A DNA stretch of 60,744 nucleotides, filler included, from Dimargaris cristalligena (GCA_003614675.1; 9 parts of 9 records of this genome joined end to end with filler, not necessarily neighbours in it); one strand, 5' to 3'; shown: positions 1 to 13,849, counted from the first letter of the whole stretch. Made by a program: numbers and translations. The notes: generated by a model not told the origin, from the sequence alone.

Positions 1-250
1 GGGGCGCAGTCGGGCCAGGGGCAGTGTGAATGCAGGGGTACAGTCTGGTCAGGGGTAGGGGTGCAGCTAAGTCAAGGGTATATAAAATATACTAATAGAA
101 AAATACTATACTAATAAAAATAGAGTAAAAATAACTATACTTATCAGGGGCAGGGGCAGGGGCTTATTCACTTGTCAGGGGTATACTTTTGATAAGTGCG
201 AAAAATATAAAACAAATAAATATAGGTAAAAATGTAGTAAGTTTACTATA
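1..250. mobile_element. Repeat family D terminal fragment (reverse orientation, decayed)
   Basis: Reverse complement aligns to 20134-20257 and 6612-6693. It contains GGGGCAGGGGCAGGGGC runs and the decayed terminus TGTAGTAAGTTTACTATA. Confidence 0.75.
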
Positions 251-644
251 CCTCAATATGGCCCATAAATTAACTGGTCTTGTATGTAGAATTGTTTCCC
301 CTTTTTAAAAGTATTGCTATCTAGTTTTTATAGCAAATGTCTTTATAAAATATGTGTTAAAATATTTGCCAGGCCAGATATCTCAAAAGAAGCTTGAAAG
401 TTCATAATACCCACCATATTTTCAACAAAATCAGCCAGTGACACCAGAAAACATGCCAATTATCTGGTGTATCTTTCTACTTGACTTCTGAACTAAAAGT
501 CAAGAATTGGAGACAAAATCATGGACCACCTGGTGGCACTATAGGCACCCACCTTCCATTAGTTTAGTATATGTGATACTTACTCATTCTTTTAGAAAAG
601 TTCTTGGGTATGGTTATAAGTAGAATAAAATTGGGGGATGTACA

Positions 645-903
645 TGTTGGAATGATAAATTCCGGGGTAAATGCAAGTGCCTTCAGATACAACTAAAATG
701 ATTTAAAGAAGAGAGAAAGAACCGTAAGGGGCAAAGCTAGATGTCTGCAGTTGGTTTTATTGAGTTGGAAATAGCAGTAATGATGATAAAAACATTGTTT
801 CGAGTATAGGATAATATAATCATAGATATAGTATAGTCCTGAGTATAGGATGGACCAATCAGAATGATGGAATCGGTAGGGCGGGGGAAATGAATTTCCA
901 GTA
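645..903. mobile_element. Solo LTR-like repeat, family F
   Basis: Starts TGTTGGAATGATAAA and aligns to 19426, 33207 and the reverse copy at 37252-37471. Ends TTTCCAGTA (consensus TTCCAACA). Confidence 0.7.
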
Positions 904-1035
904 CTAAATATATCGGGATTCTATAGCTACAAATGTATATTTTTTTTTCGCCCCCTAAGGCCTTAGATAGAGCTACGTGGTCAGTGGCTGGTAGACGGAA
1001 ACTGCGTTGGACACGAGCTCTTGGTGCCGCTCGGC

Positions 1036-2862
1036 TTAAAACACGTTCTTAAATTTGGTTTGTTTGACCATAACATTCAGAATATCGTCTTGGCTATCCT
1101 CAAACGGCTCATCAATCAGCTCCCCCATGCCGTCAAAATAGTTTGTAAATTGAGGACTGGAAAACTGGCTTTTCAAATCCTCAATAAGGAACCGGCGTAG
1201 ACGAAGCTTCGCCGTATTTTGACTTACAGCCCAACCTGAAATATTTTTCAAAATTTTCTGGAATTCATCAGGAACCTTGCTCTTTTCTTCCGCCCGAGTA
1301 TAAAGCACCTTAGCTGCCTCGGGGTGGTTGAACTTAATGGCCCACAGGGCGCTAGTGGTCAAATCATCGACCGAGAGGTACTTGTCGGCACCGGCCTCGA
1401 TCAGACCTTGCAGGCGCTCGGTATTTCCCAGAACAGCACTGATCTTAGTAACCACGTTGATTTGGGTGCGCCAGGCCAGCTCTAAGCCACTGAGTTCGGA
1501 AGATTTGGAAGCAGTATCAATTGAAAAGCGAGATGTACTACGCCCACGATTGGGTTCCACCATCTGCGCATCCACCTGTTGATTAAGTTCGTTGAAAACC
1601 GTATCGAACAGACCTTGGGCGGGCTCCTTCCGTGCCAGCTGAGCCAATACATTGTTCTTCAGTTCGATGGTGCCATCAGTACTCGTTGAACCCTGGTCGT
1701 TCGGTGTACCCATGATGAAGTCGAAGAATAGTAACTTCTTTTGTCCAAGGGAGCGATTCTGCAAGAATTTCTTCAGGCTTTCCAGATCGTTGTCCGAAAA
1801 GTAAGGTCGCTGGATATTTTCCCAAAAATACTTCGCAACCTATTGGGCATGTCACCGGGAAGGGGAGTTGGTTGGAGGTTGATGGATAACGCGCAATAGA
1901 TAGCATTTCAATATAATTTTTTAAAACATGGGAGAAGTTCATCCAAGTTGTATAACGAAAAATCCATTAAATTCGGCCAATATTACTAGTTAAAAATACA
2001 TTTCCCATATATTTTCCCATACACGTATAATGTAAACCTTTATATAGCTGGGCCGAATTTCACCCATATGTTAACAATGGGCCATATCCTTAATCTCAAA
2101 TCATTAAATGGGGGGGGGATAAAAACTCGTACTTTCGATTGGGCTTTCGTGTTAGAATATCCGATTCCAAGACTCGACTGACTACAATATCATGGGTGTA
2201 CCATGACAAAATTGAAGAGACTCCAATCCTACAAAATAAATTTATCTTACCTCCGCAGTGTATACGCCATTCCTTGGTAATGCGTCCACGAATTGCTGAA
2301 ACGTATCGTATGTTCCTGCCCAGGCCCTGTTTTTACTAAAACTAGCTAACCATGCTTCTTGTCTGAGTACCTCGTCGCTCTTATCAGAATTGCCGGGGCG
2401 GGAAGTGGACCCGACAATATGTTGGTTGGCAGAGCTTGGGCGACCAACGTTATTGTATTGGTTGTTCTGGGTGACCGCAGTGGGGTTATTGGTGGCGGGA
2501 TACGTGGAATTGTAGAGTTCTTCGTTGTCGTCGTAATCTTCGACATCTTCATCTTCACTAAAACCATTGAAGTGGCTGTCGTCATCGGAGTCTTCGTTTT
2601 CGGTAGAACCGTTTTCCAGGTTGATATTTCTGACAGAGTCTACCATGTTGTCTTCGTCCTCCGATTCTAGATACCCTTGACTATTGCGGATAATATCTTC
2701 CGGATCAGTTGCGCGATGGTTGAGGCCAGAATTGCCAACGTTTGGCGTGGAACGGCGAAAAAGGCGAGCCGCATTTGTCGAAAGGGGGCTGGCAACGGTG
2801 GAACCCGTGAGAGAAATACCCAGCGCGGGTAGGGCGAGGATCAGGTAGGTGAGCTTATACAT
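1036..2862 (-). CDS. Secreted orphan protein (~471 aa); exons 2862-2251 and 1839-1036; signal peptide, acidic/Asn-rich linker, ankyrin-like C-terminus
   Basis: Hydrophobic N-terminus MYKLTYLILALPALGISLTGSTVASP followed by LFRR. Donor GAG|GTAAGA at 2250 and acceptor AATAG|GTT at 1840 join in phase 0 (YTAE|VAKYFWEN...) into the 242-aa ORF. The C-terminus AVLGNTERLQGLIEAGAD...LWAIKFNHPEAAKVL resembles ankyrin repeats. Confidence 0.8.
1930..2065 (-). mobile_element. 136-bp MITE copy, inside the intron of the 1036-2862 gene
   Basis: Imperfect TIRs GGGAGAAGTTCATCCAAGTTGTATAA / TTATATAGCTGGGCCGAATTTCACCC. About 6 differences from the copy at 52082. Confidence 0.9.
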
Positions 2863-5032
2863 GTTGAGTAGACCCGCGCTTGAAGATATATTGTTGATAC
2901 CAGAACAAGAGTGGAGTGAACTAGATTTTAAAGTATGATACCAAAGAGGATTTGGATGTGGCTTAAATATACAAGGATGGTATATTAAGGGAAAAACAAA
3001 CGGGGGAGAAGGGAATTCAAGTCTGAAGTAGTGGTCGTTGCAAATTGGTCAGTTTAGAGAAATGAATAGAGGGCGAAATAGAGCTGCTATTTATAATATT
3101 TCGGGTGGTAGGTCGACGTGCACGATATGAATTAGGGGATATGCCAAGGAAGGGGGAGGAGAGGAGCCGACAGCAGAAACCCGGTTACCGCCCATCTGAG
3201 GTCTGCTGTTCTTGGCCATGTTCACATTGGCTTGGGTGCCTAAAATAACCAAAGCGGCTAATTCGTTTGAAGAATTAAAGCTTAGGCGAATGGCTTAATG
3301 AAAAAAGAAAAACGAAAGTAATTGCTATACTATATTAAAATATACGGAACTTCTTGGACGGAAAATGCGGTACACCTAATAAGAATTCTAGTCCAACAGT
3401 GCTGGGGCCTACCTAATCGGGGGAGGCTGCCTTTTGGTTGCGGATACTAGGGCTAAGCGGCTTTATATTATGAGCAAACTTTCAACATAGCCCAGTGTAG
3501 GACATTAGCTAAAATATATTGGGTAAAATAGGGGGAGGGGGGTTGTAGCCTCGAACCAATGAAGGTGGTGCATCCATCGAAACTTGCACTATGCTGCCGG
3601 GTTAAATTTATCCCACATTAAAGCAAAACTTCATCCTATCCCTCGTCTTTTTCCCTTTCGGTGCTCTTGAGTAACCCGGTAGCCATCCGTGATTAGCATT
3701 GTGGAGGTGAAGGTCATACTTTAGTGGAACCGCGGTCCCTTTATGGGTAAACTGGGGCCTCCATCGCCAGTCTCGTCGGTTGGATACCGAGCTCAACATC
3801 CTTGATTGGTACACCACTAAGATGCATTTCGGCCCTTAAATACTTTACAATAAAGGTAGCGTATGCAATAGAGCCCTCTAACTTGGTAAACAGTTGCCTG
3901 CGAGGGGTGTGCCCGCATAATAACTATCACTTGCGTCTCCCAGGTGGGATGTGGTAACACTGGATAGTGAGGGATGTGCGACGATAATTTTTCACTCTTC
4001 CTTACTCCTCATTCCCCTAGGCTAAAGACAGACCTTATTTGCTGCATTCCCCGGTTAAACGCTTAAACTATCTACCAGGGGAATAAGTAGCTATTTCACG
4101 TCCAATGGGTAACGGAAATGCCACCCCTACACTGCCTAATGGACGCCTTTTGCTGAAAAGTCGAGAATTCTTGCTGTACACTATAGACCATCCGATTGGC
4201 TCGTAATCTAATGGTGGAACGACGTACCTCTTCAAAAATTGAACAGGGTATTCCATGGATAAAAGGCCACTATTCTGTATAAGGGATTCAATGAATTTTA
4301 CATACGAAGGAATAGACCAGGTATATCTTTTTGACTAATGCTATTGAGGCGGTTTGCCGCCCCAACCTTGAGTCTGGGCCAATGTAGGCAGGATTTCTAA
4401 ATGTGGGGGACTAGGTGCCATATTGGTAGAATTTTATTGTTAGGGAACATCGGGGGGGGGGAGGTACCTAATTTTAGAGACCTAAATGTTGAACACTGGC
4501 CGGGAGTGAGTATATAACTCTTTTTGGGGGATACATTAGATGACTATAGGCTATATAATTAACAGAAACATGGTATGACCCGGGGGGGGTCGATAATATG
4601 ACCCATCATGGACTTTATCATGTCCCTTTTCTACCTGATTGCGATATCTAATTGACTTGAACTATATCCCCATATTATGCCCCCTTAAAATCCACCCTGC
4701 AGACTATAGTTATCACCCAAACATCCCACCTAGAGAGGTACTTACCGACCTCCGGATGTTTTCGTCCCGTTCACCCAGTTGTATTAGTAAATATCTTTGG
4801 TATTTCTCATAGTATCATCCTTGAGTGCCAGCACCCCACTATCCAACCGGCCTGTCTCTTTGGGTATAACTCTACTTATCAGCCTAGGACCCCTCACATA
4901 AACGATGTGGCTCCCTGAGAAGGTGGCCAAGCATGGCTTTATTATTCACAAACCCAGTTCACCAAAAATGAGAGCTTGCTGACCCTTCATATCAGTGACA
5001 ACAGAGGCTATCAACTGTCTGAAGTTATATTT

Positions 5033-5166
5033 GGGTGAATATTAGCCCTGCTGTATAAGGATTTAAATGGTGTGCATGGAGATAAAAATGAAATATGTAT
5101 TTTTAACTTATGGTTTTTACCATACCCAATGGATGTCTCATTATACAGCCTGGTTGATCATCACCC
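5033..5166 (+). mobile_element. 136-bp MITE family, diverged copy
   Basis: GGGTGAATATTAGCCCTGCTGTATAA ... TTATACAGCCTGGTTGATCATCACCC; flanks ATTT / ATAT. Confidence 0.8.
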
Positions 5167-5249
5167 ATATCAATACTATACTACATTTCTATATGATAGA
5201 CAATGGTGTTTCAGTGGGAAGGTCATTAAACACAAACCAAGATTCCAAC

Positions 5250-5833
5250 TATTGGACCATTGAATCCTCCTTAATCTAGATGCCTTAGTAGCAGTCCCTA
5301 TTAGACCTTATAGTAATATATTAACCTCCCTGTAGTTACCCCCAGTACTATGGGATTATCCCTTATCACATAACCTTTCCCCTTCTGGACTCCACCTCTT
5401 TCCACTAATCACTGAAGTGCTGATCTGAAGACTCTTCTGGTTACTTTCAGAGTCTTCCAGATACCTATAACTATCCAGTTGGCCTATTTACCTATCCCCT
5501 AGTCTTAGTAGCATCCTTCCCTTGGGGCCTCCCTTTGGAGTCATCCCTGCATATATATAACTAGGCCCCATTAGGACTAGTTAGATTCCTTAGCTTGCTA
5601 TTACCACTTAGTTTACCCCAATAAACTCTATATATGCTCACTCCCCCTATACTGACTAGTAAGTATGCCTGCTGTACATCCCTTATATATACCTACTGCT
5701 AAAGCCTTTATTAGTTAGTACTGTACCTGTACCTGACACTAGTAGCCTGCTTGGCCAAGTCTAAGCCCTGCCTACCATTGGAAGCCAATCCCCGGGACTC
5801 TTGATAGACTAAGAGTGGTTAACCTAGGTGACA
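5250..5833. mobile_element. Solo LTR, family A (reverse relative to 22874)
   Basis: About 580 bp, aligns end to end with 21069-21654, 23813-24377 and 38883-39460. Ends ...GGTTAACCTAGGTGACA. Confidence 0.85.
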
Positions 5834-6420
5834 GATAACTAGTCAGGATTTAATATTACTAATATTAAACCTATTAGCTATGTATTATTAGGATTATGTT
5901 TCCCTAATTGGTAGTTACAGCATATTGATTGTAAACCCTGCCAGATTATTTTCTTAATATATTATAAAAGATGGCATACTACTATCATAAGAAGTAGTAA
6001 AGTCACAATTAAATAATTACAAGATGACTAATATGTGCAATCACTTGCCAAGTGCTTAGGGAATACCATTGTATTATTAATAAACAAAATAAGATAAGCT
6101 ACTGGATACTAATAGGTGAGCCAGGAAATAGGGGAACTATATTAATCTTTTGTTGAAAGGTATTCCATGACATGCTAATAAACCATAACACTAAGGTGAA
6201 AGTAACAAGATCTATATATCCAATGTCAATTTTGGAAATATAAAATAATAATAATTTGACTTGGCTATTCAAATTCTGGTTGTAATCATACCAAAAAATT
6301 GATAGTAACTATGAAATAGGCTTACACCAAGTAAATGGCTTCAAAGTCCATGGGGGGACTGAGATATCTGAATTAATGACATAAGTATACAGTTTCAATA
6401 TATATTCACCATCCTCAGGA

Positions 6421-6611
6421 TGTTGCCTGGGTTAACCACTCTTAGTCTGTCAAGAGCCCAAAGTTAGGCTTCTAATGGTAGGTGGGGCTTAGACTTGGCC
6501 AAGTGGGCAACTAGCATCAGGTACAGGGTATAGTACTAACTAATAAAGGCTTTAGGCAATTAGTTATGCAAGGGACATGCAGTGGGCACACTTACTGGTC
6601 CGCATGAGGGG
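6421..6611. mobile_element. Family A LTR fragment interrupted by family D
   Basis: Starts TGTTGCCTGGGTTAACCACTCTTAGTC, as at 22874. The alignment stops where D begins at 6612. Confidence 0.8.
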
Positions 6612-6693
6612 TGTGGTAAACTTACCACATTTTTTACCTACTTTTATTTTTAATCCATTTTTCACACTTATCAGAAGTACACCCCTGACGAGT
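6612..6693. mobile_element. Repeat family D terminus (truncated by contig end)
   Basis: Palindromic end TGTGGTAAACTTACCACA; matches 20134-20257 and 13576-13636. Confidence 0.75.
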
Positions 6694-6793
6694 NNNNNNN
6701 NNNNNNNNNNNNNNNNNNNNNNNNNNNNNNNNNNNNNTTAATTAATTAANNNNNNNNNNNNNNNNNNNNNNNNNNNNNNNNNNNNNNNNNNNN
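6694..6793. other. Artificial contig linker N44-TTAATTAATTAA-N44 (also at 13476-13575, 20258-20357, 27029-27128, 33795-33894, 40540-40639, 47280-47379, 54019-54118)
   Basis: Eight identical 100-bp spacers with stop codons in all six frames. The intervening segments never increase in length along the window. Confidence 0.99.
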
Positions 6794-6844
6794 TTGGCCC
6801 CATCTAATGGATTTTTCGTTATACAGCCTGGTTGAACTACTCCC
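6794..6844 (+). mobile_element. MITE right half (cut by contig start)
   Basis: TTGGCCCCATCTAATGGATTTTTCGTTATACAGCCTGGTTGAACTACTCCC followed by ATAT. Confidence 0.85.
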
Positions 6845-7887
6845 ATATACATATATATATTTAATGGGCGGCTAGGGCCGAACCTCGCTCACTGCGTGTT
6901 GGTTTATGCATTTAGAGAGAAAGAAAAAGCTCCAACTGGTGTATGTGTCACAAAGACGAAGGAAAAGGAAACGTAGGGTAGTGAATAGCTTGAAGAGAAC
7001 CACTTCTGAAGATAAGGTTAATGGAATCGTTGCCTATGGACATAATTAGCCGGTGCTCTCGACCATTAGTCTTTTTCGATTAACATAATCCCGTACTCGA
7101 ACGAAAAGCCGAGCCAATCCCTAATCCTTAATAGTCCGGCGAAGTCCCCTTGCAACGGCGGTGAAATACTTAGGTTGTACCAGCGCCGCCTCTACATATC
7201 ACCGGACGGTGGTAACCTTTCACACCCCAAAAAGGGTATCCGAGTACTTAAGGCCTCCCACAGGGTGTGGGACACCCCAAGCCCCTCTTTTACCTAGTGT
7301 TATTTAAGCCAAAGGCAGTCTTTTCGCCCGCAACCGGACTGGTGGCCAATCTTCATTCTTTGGAGGCAAAGAACCTTCTCCTACCTATATTCGCTTACGG
7401 GTATGGGTAAGGCCATGTTGAATAACGTAAACCGCTGTGGTCTTTTTAGGAAGTTGGCCAACATATCCACTGCCCAGTTATGCCAACAAAACAGAAATAT
7501 GCGGATACTGGATATTTAATTGGTAGCCTCATTTGGCCAGGTCGCAACCCCCGTTAAAAAGGCTAGCGACCATGGAAATAAAAGAAAAAGGCTTTGGGTT
7601 GTCATCCCTGAAATCCGAATCTGTGCTATTACTACTCTATATTTAGCAACTACACCAACCAGGCCACTCTGCCCTACATGTCCATGTATTTACAAAAATA
7701 TAAAATCCCATCAATAGGGAACCTCCCCTTTTTTTCTACCTTGGTTTTATATATTCACCGGGGCTCATGCAAATAGGTTATATATATGACTTTATCTTAG
7801 TACTCGGCCTTATTTTTCTAAACTTGGGACCACCCGCCACTCTTCATCTCAAATTTGCCTCTATTCCCTAGCAACTGACTCAATCCT

Positions 7888-9129
7888 ATGCCTAAGTTTA
7901 TTTGCCTGCTATGTGGGCTAATTGGTATTCGAGGGATATGCCTCTTGGCAACCACGGCCACCAACCTTCCTACTGAAAGGCCGCCACTCCCCTCTGACAT
8001 CCATCGAATCGATTCTCCACCCGAGTATAGTTGCTTCGACTGGTTACATAGGTTCAACCTCCCCACTAGAGACTACATCGGTTTGGAGCATGAAATCCCG
8101 GAACTTAAATTCATTCCACATAAACTCAAGCGCTATTTATTGAGTTTGAGATCCCACTACTATATCACCGACGCACCCCTGAAGGTAAATATAAACCATT
8201 TTTTTTATCTAATTAGACGTCTTGCTGTCAAGAAAGGCCGGCGGACACGTGCAACCAGTTCTAAACAAACCCCTGTATTTATTATATACTACTGAACTAT
8301 TTACCTCATCTCGGGTGGGGGTGACTCTGAATCTTTCGGGCAGTTTCAAAAACGCTTTAGGAAATTCCTCTTCAGTCGGCCTGATTTGGTTTCGCAGAGA
8401 GGAATGGCGGGCCTCTTGGCTCGCGCCCTGCACAGTCGGCTCAAAGCGGGACTACATCAACTGCAAGCGGACTATACCGTGGATCTGGTTAAAAAGGAGC
8501 GCAGGGGAGTCACAATCACGCACTCCCGCCAGGAGTGTCACTTCTTTGAAAATAACTTGCCCCTTTTCCTACTTCACGACCAAAGGCCCTATCTAGCCGA
8601 AGCTCTTTTCCAGCAGCTCCACACCTACAATGGCGCGCCCCAAATTCCTCCGAGACACCACCGGCAATACGTGGTAACCTGGCATGTGGTAGCGGACGAC
8701 TTGATTAAAACGGCTCTAGTATTAGGTCAGACAGACTTGGTTGAAGCCGTCCTCAAATACCAGCCGGCCCCTTCCCGGAACCACAATATGAAACTCGGTT
8801 CGCTTTTTTTGGGCCTAGTCCTTGGCCGCCTGGAAAACGCCCAATTTTTAGCTTTCGAGCTGAACTGTGACTGGGTCGACAGCGCCCTTGGGGACTTTTG
8901 CGCCTCTTTCCGAACCAGCGCCTTGGCCAAAGAGTGCATATCTCTAGAAATCCTGAAGCAATTTTCAACCATAGCACCCATGCGCTACCTTAGTCTTCCG
9001 GAGAATTTCGATTTCTGGGCGGGGATTACAAACCCCCGGACCTTACTCCAAGCCATGCCGGTGCGAGATCCGTTGGATTTTGTGGACCTTCGCGTGATCA
9101 AACGGGTGGCAAATTACGCCTGGAATTAG
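7888..9129 (+). CDS. Secreted orphan protein (~360 aa); exons 7888-8184 and 8344-9129; ankyrin-like C-terminus
   Basis: Hydrophobic N-terminus MPKFICLLCGLIGIRGICLLATTA. Donor AAG|GTAAAT at 8185 and acceptor GGCAG|TTT at 8343 join in phase 0 (DAPLK|FQKRFRK...). The C-terminus contains TALVLGQTDLVEAVLKY...LGLVLGRLENAQFLA. Confidence 0.75.
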
Positions 9130-12100
9130 AGTAAAGTGGACAGTGGACCTATAGGTTTGGCATCATAGGATACAGAGTTCGTGTCTTCTTCTGACTAATT
9201 TAACTTATTGGATCAAGAAATCATTGTAGTGGGATTAGTTACAATAGCTTTATATAGGTAAAATATACATCAGTTTCAATTGAGTGTATACCAGCCAACC
9301 ACTGGAAAGATGGATAGTAGAAGGCCATGAAACATATATATTGTCCGCCTTTTAAATATCGCTAATACCATATTTTCGGAATTTAGGACGAGTTGATACC
9401 ATTGAGGAGCAGTCAAGTATTCACCCCGACTTTGATAATTCCAAAAATAAAAATAATATAGCCTACATCGGCCCTTAAATCAATCCCTGGGCACACCCAC
9501 TTAGTACCGGTAACCGGGGAGAAGTCTTTGGCCATTTTAAATGGGGTTATAGTCGGCTTGATTTTAAGGCCGAAGAATATGATTATATTCAAGGCGAACA
9601 GCAGGTCTCTCTAAGATAGTTATGTATAGCTAGGTATGATCAAGGAGAAGCCGAAATTGGCTAGACGGCACCAACGGCATCCAATGGACTCTCCCCTACC
9701 GTACTGCCAATCCCAGTTGCTGTATTCTTGAGCTCTAAGGACTTTGATGACTAGTATACAAGCAACTATAGACTATTTGGTATATATATATAAATATCAC
9801 CCCCTCCTCTTCAATATATAATTAATAGTAATCATAAAATATACCACTACACTATATCGCCGGGTTGTATACCCCACAAATGCCTCTAAATAGTCGGTTA
9901 TTCCGATAAGTCGCGCCACTTGCTAATCAGTCAGTCAATTGTAAATATAGCGCCGTTAGTGTCGCATCCCTCCTTTGTTACATGCCTGTAAATTCAGCCG
10001 ACCACTACTCTCTGGGATAATCCATGATCGTTTAAACCGATCGATTTGTTTATGACGATTGGCCACCAATGGCGAGTGTTTCGTATAACTTTTTTTAACG
10101 AGTCACTATTAGGCCTTGGGACCCCAGCGAAGGGCTAGTTAATGTGTCTGTATGGCGAACAAGATATGCACTCTAATTAATCAATTCTTCACTTCCATAT
10201 TCACCCCAGTGCAGTTATTATAATACACTATACATCCTTTTGCCTACCCCCTGGCCTCACTTGGCAGTTTATTACCGCTATTCACCCATCAGCCGGCACA
10301 TGTGCCGACAACCCACGCGTATCCCAGATAATATGTATTTTATAGCATTAAAATAATGAAAATTAAGGTTGCTTCGTTCTAAAAATAAAGATAAAAGGGC
10401 CCATTATCAATGGGGGGGGGGGTGATTGATGGGCATTTGGCCAAGTCGCAGTTCCTTCTCTTCTGCAACTCGACTGCCATAGTACTACTGACCAGCATTA
10501 ACCAACTATAGGGAACCATTCATCCGATTGACCGTATACTCGCACACCCCTTTGTTTACTGGAAGGTTGGGGTGGGCTGTTTACATCCAACTCTAGTGAG
10601 GGGCGTTTGCCGCTTCATCGGTCGGCTGGTTTTTGGACCAATTACAATCTTATTGGGATCCATCGGATATCGACCCATCCAGGTAATCCCCGTTTGTTCG
10701 AGCGCCTAGTTCCCGAAGATCCGCACCCCCTTTTGGGTGACCACAGGATTTAGCTCCTATGTGAACCGCCCCTTTCGAAGGGGTGTTCAAGGCACTCACT
10801 CCTTCGGTCCACTGGACCTGCCCTTAAATTTAACCAACCCATGGGGCCTGTCCCCTTGCGCTATTTCGTTTACACAGCGACCACCCACAGGGTACCCCAC
10901 CACACCTGCTGGTCTTTTCCCCCAGCCAGGTCCACAATGAGGGCCGACATCTGGTTCGACCTATTGAGAAAGACTACCCCTCGTGCACTTCTAGTTATCG
11001 TAAGTGACAAAAGAGCCCGCGCCGGGCTCAATTGTCGCGGGCTCTTCCTATACTTTGGCCGGTTGGGTTACACTTGCCGAGTAGGCCGGGTAGCACAGCC
11101 ACACTCGCGTAGCTTTCCAGCACCAATCCTAGACGGTTGTGGCATGAAAAGGGCTGTGGACTTCGTGGGATATCCGTCCCTCACCTAAACTAGTGCCTAT
11201 TTCGCCCACCACTACCTCCTCCCCGCCGTTACTGCGACCCGCGAGATGGGGCACAAGAGCGTGTCGAAAGCGCCCGCGGATAGCCCTACGCATGTAATGG
11301 TAATTAGAAGAAGGAGTAGCAGTAGTGGCTGTAGTAGTAGGTAGGGCCAGTGTGTGACCGACCGGATAGCCTCGACCTAGGCCTGACTTGGAATACTTGA
11401 TTAATGAATTGATGAGCTGATGAACCTCATTTTCGACGAAAACTAAGCGAGCGGGTAATCTAGGCATAAAGGCCGCCAAGGTTGCTCTTTCGCCGCCCTC
11501 TTGCATTCACCCTTTAGTTCATACGTACCCCCCCCCCCCTTATACAGGTGCCGGCGGTTACTAGTGTTCGGCACTTGTGGAGTTTGAACTTCGCGACTAT
11601 TAAGTATACTTCTTCCGGCACCTTCAATCATACCACTTCCCCTCTTCACTAAGTATATTCGCTTTTTAAAAATTTATCTTCTCCAATGACTGTTGCGGAC
11701 TAGCTTTGGCCCTATTCATTGTGTGCCTAGAATTCGAGTAATTGTAGTCTTGTGTAAATATAGATGCATTACAGCGCCTGTTTTTCCATTCGTATTCTCC
11801 TAATTAGCCACCTGTTTCTGCCCCAATCCTTCGAACTGAACACTACACATTCTCTTATTCGGCCACGCTTCCTTTGGACGACCATTATCATCTAGATATC
11901 ATTCATTTGTGCACTAAAGGCGACTAATAACCACACGGGTGCCTATTATTTTCTTCGGCTCATTTAGGGATTAAGTAATGATAACCTGGCCTGCTGTTTA
12001 AGCCACCCCACCTCACTTTCACCACTGGATCCCAGTTAACGATAGGGCCGCGTTTTTTTTTTAAAAAATAGTAATTAATAGTATAATCGGCTAGGCTATA

Positions 12101-13038
12101 CACACCAAACTTGGTCAGTCGTGGTTTAGAATTTTAACCCCCCTCTTATTGGTGATTTTCGGGCTAGATTGCATACTAAGCTACTACTACTATACTACTA
12201 CTCTCCCCAGCTAAAGACCACTTTTCACTGGCTATCGGCTTCTTTTCCTTGTTCTCGCATTTCTCGGCTATTTTTACCTTTCTTTTATAGCCCCCTCCAT
12301 CTCTTTGACCGTCTACTGCTAACTTACACGTTCTTTAACCTCCTTTACTATTCCCGTTCCTTTAGTAGTGTAGTTAGTGACCTACTGCGGTGCGCCCTTT
12401 GGCACGACTCGCGCCCACCACCTTGTCCCTGACTCTTACGGGGATGTCCTTGTACAATTGTCGCTGATTTATTCCTACTTTACTATATTACCCAGCTTCC
12501 CCACTGCATTTACCACAGTTATTCTATCACTCTTTACGCGCCCTCGTCTCCACTGCTCATCGTCTCGTCACGACTTCGTTTCGTAACCGCCGTGTTTCGC
12601 CGCTACTCTCATCCTTTGGGCCCAATTGCCCTGCAGCCGTGACGTCAATAAAGCCTTACCCGCGCTTCGATACCACCCCGTCCACTTCATCGTTTCACCA
12701 ACCTAACCAACCTCCTCCTCCTCCACCCATAACCCTCACCCTCCCTTCCCCTTCGTCACTCCCTTGTGCATACATGACGAGTGCGGTCACTTGCTTATCT
12801 CATTGCAACATTTCCCCATACCCACTTTGCTAATCCCCCGTCCAAAGTCGCCTACGCACTTCTATTCCCCTGGCTACACACTGTCGGCGCGTCAGTTCAC
12901 CCAGTCAGTCACACTAGCCTGGCTTCCTGATACCCATTTTTTATACTTTTCTATTGCTGGTTTAGTGGCGAGTCCTTTGTAGAGGCCTGTCCCTTCTCCT
13001 ACATCCCGCTTAGCCCCCTCCTTATATAACCCGCCAGG

Positions 13039-13475
13039 ATGGACTCGGATCTCGATCCTCTAGGTAGTTCGGGGCTGTTTGGTATGGACCTCAACTTTGA
13101 CGAGTCAACCCTCGATAACGAGGCCTCCAGTACATTTTTCGACTCCCAGTTCAACGACTCCGTCCTCAGCCAAGACTATAACGGCTCCGCGTCTACCCCT
13201 CTTGCCAACAACCCCGAAGGTAAGATTTAAACCCCCCCCACCCACAACCATGTATACGCCACCCTTAAGTGTCTACCACACCTGCTTTTAAAACCACGCT
13301 ACCTTTTAGCTTGGATTTCTCGGTTCATCTCCATCAAAGAACTTGCCTCGCAAAAACCCTTTCTAACCAGTTCGTTGTCCCCCCTACTGCACCTCCCTCT
13401 ACTCCCTACTGTGCCATCTAAATAGCCTCGAACGATACGGTTTGGATATGGACTGGCCCTTCGGCGATACTTTCC
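13039..13475 (+). CDS. 5' end of an intron-containing gene with an acidic/aromatic N-terminus (possibly a transcription factor), truncated by contig end
   Basis: ATG after a long pyrimidine-rich leader, encoding MDSDLDPLGSSGLFGMDLNFDESTLDN... Donor G|GTAAGA at 13220. The downstream exon structure is uncertain. Confidence 0.5.
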
Positions 13476-13575
13476 NNNNNNNNNNNNNNNNNNNNNNNNN
13501 NNNNNNNNNNNNNNNNNNNTTAATTAATTAANNNNNNNNNNNNNNNNNNNNNNNNNNNNNNNNNNNNNNNNNNNN

Positions 13576-13803
13576 GATAAGTGCAAAAAATGGATTAAAA
13601 ATAAAAGTAGGTAAAAAATGTGGTAAGTTCACCACATTGAGTAATTAGTGTGAAGTAGTGGAGTCTGGAAGGGGAATGGTTATATGTTATAGGGTGATCC
13701 CATAGTACTGGGTGTGGTCCTGGGAAGGTTAATATAGCACTATAAGGTCTAATAGGGACAGATACTAACATGTCAGGATTAAGGCAGATTAGAAGGTCTG
13801 ACA
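13576..13803. mobile_element. Family D terminus (13576-13636) abutting the distal part of a family A LTR (13637-13803)
   Basis: ...TGTGGTAAGTTCACCACA, then sequence matching 23295-23458 and ending GTCTGACA. Confidence 0.75.
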
Positions 13804-13849
13804 GAAGGTACTTGCATTTATCATCATATTTATATTTCCAACAAGAAAT

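Noticed and set aside
10737..11649. Several 67-125 aa ORFs in the long intergenic region
   Set aside because: They overlap on both strands, have no recognisable motifs and have no supporting splice structure.
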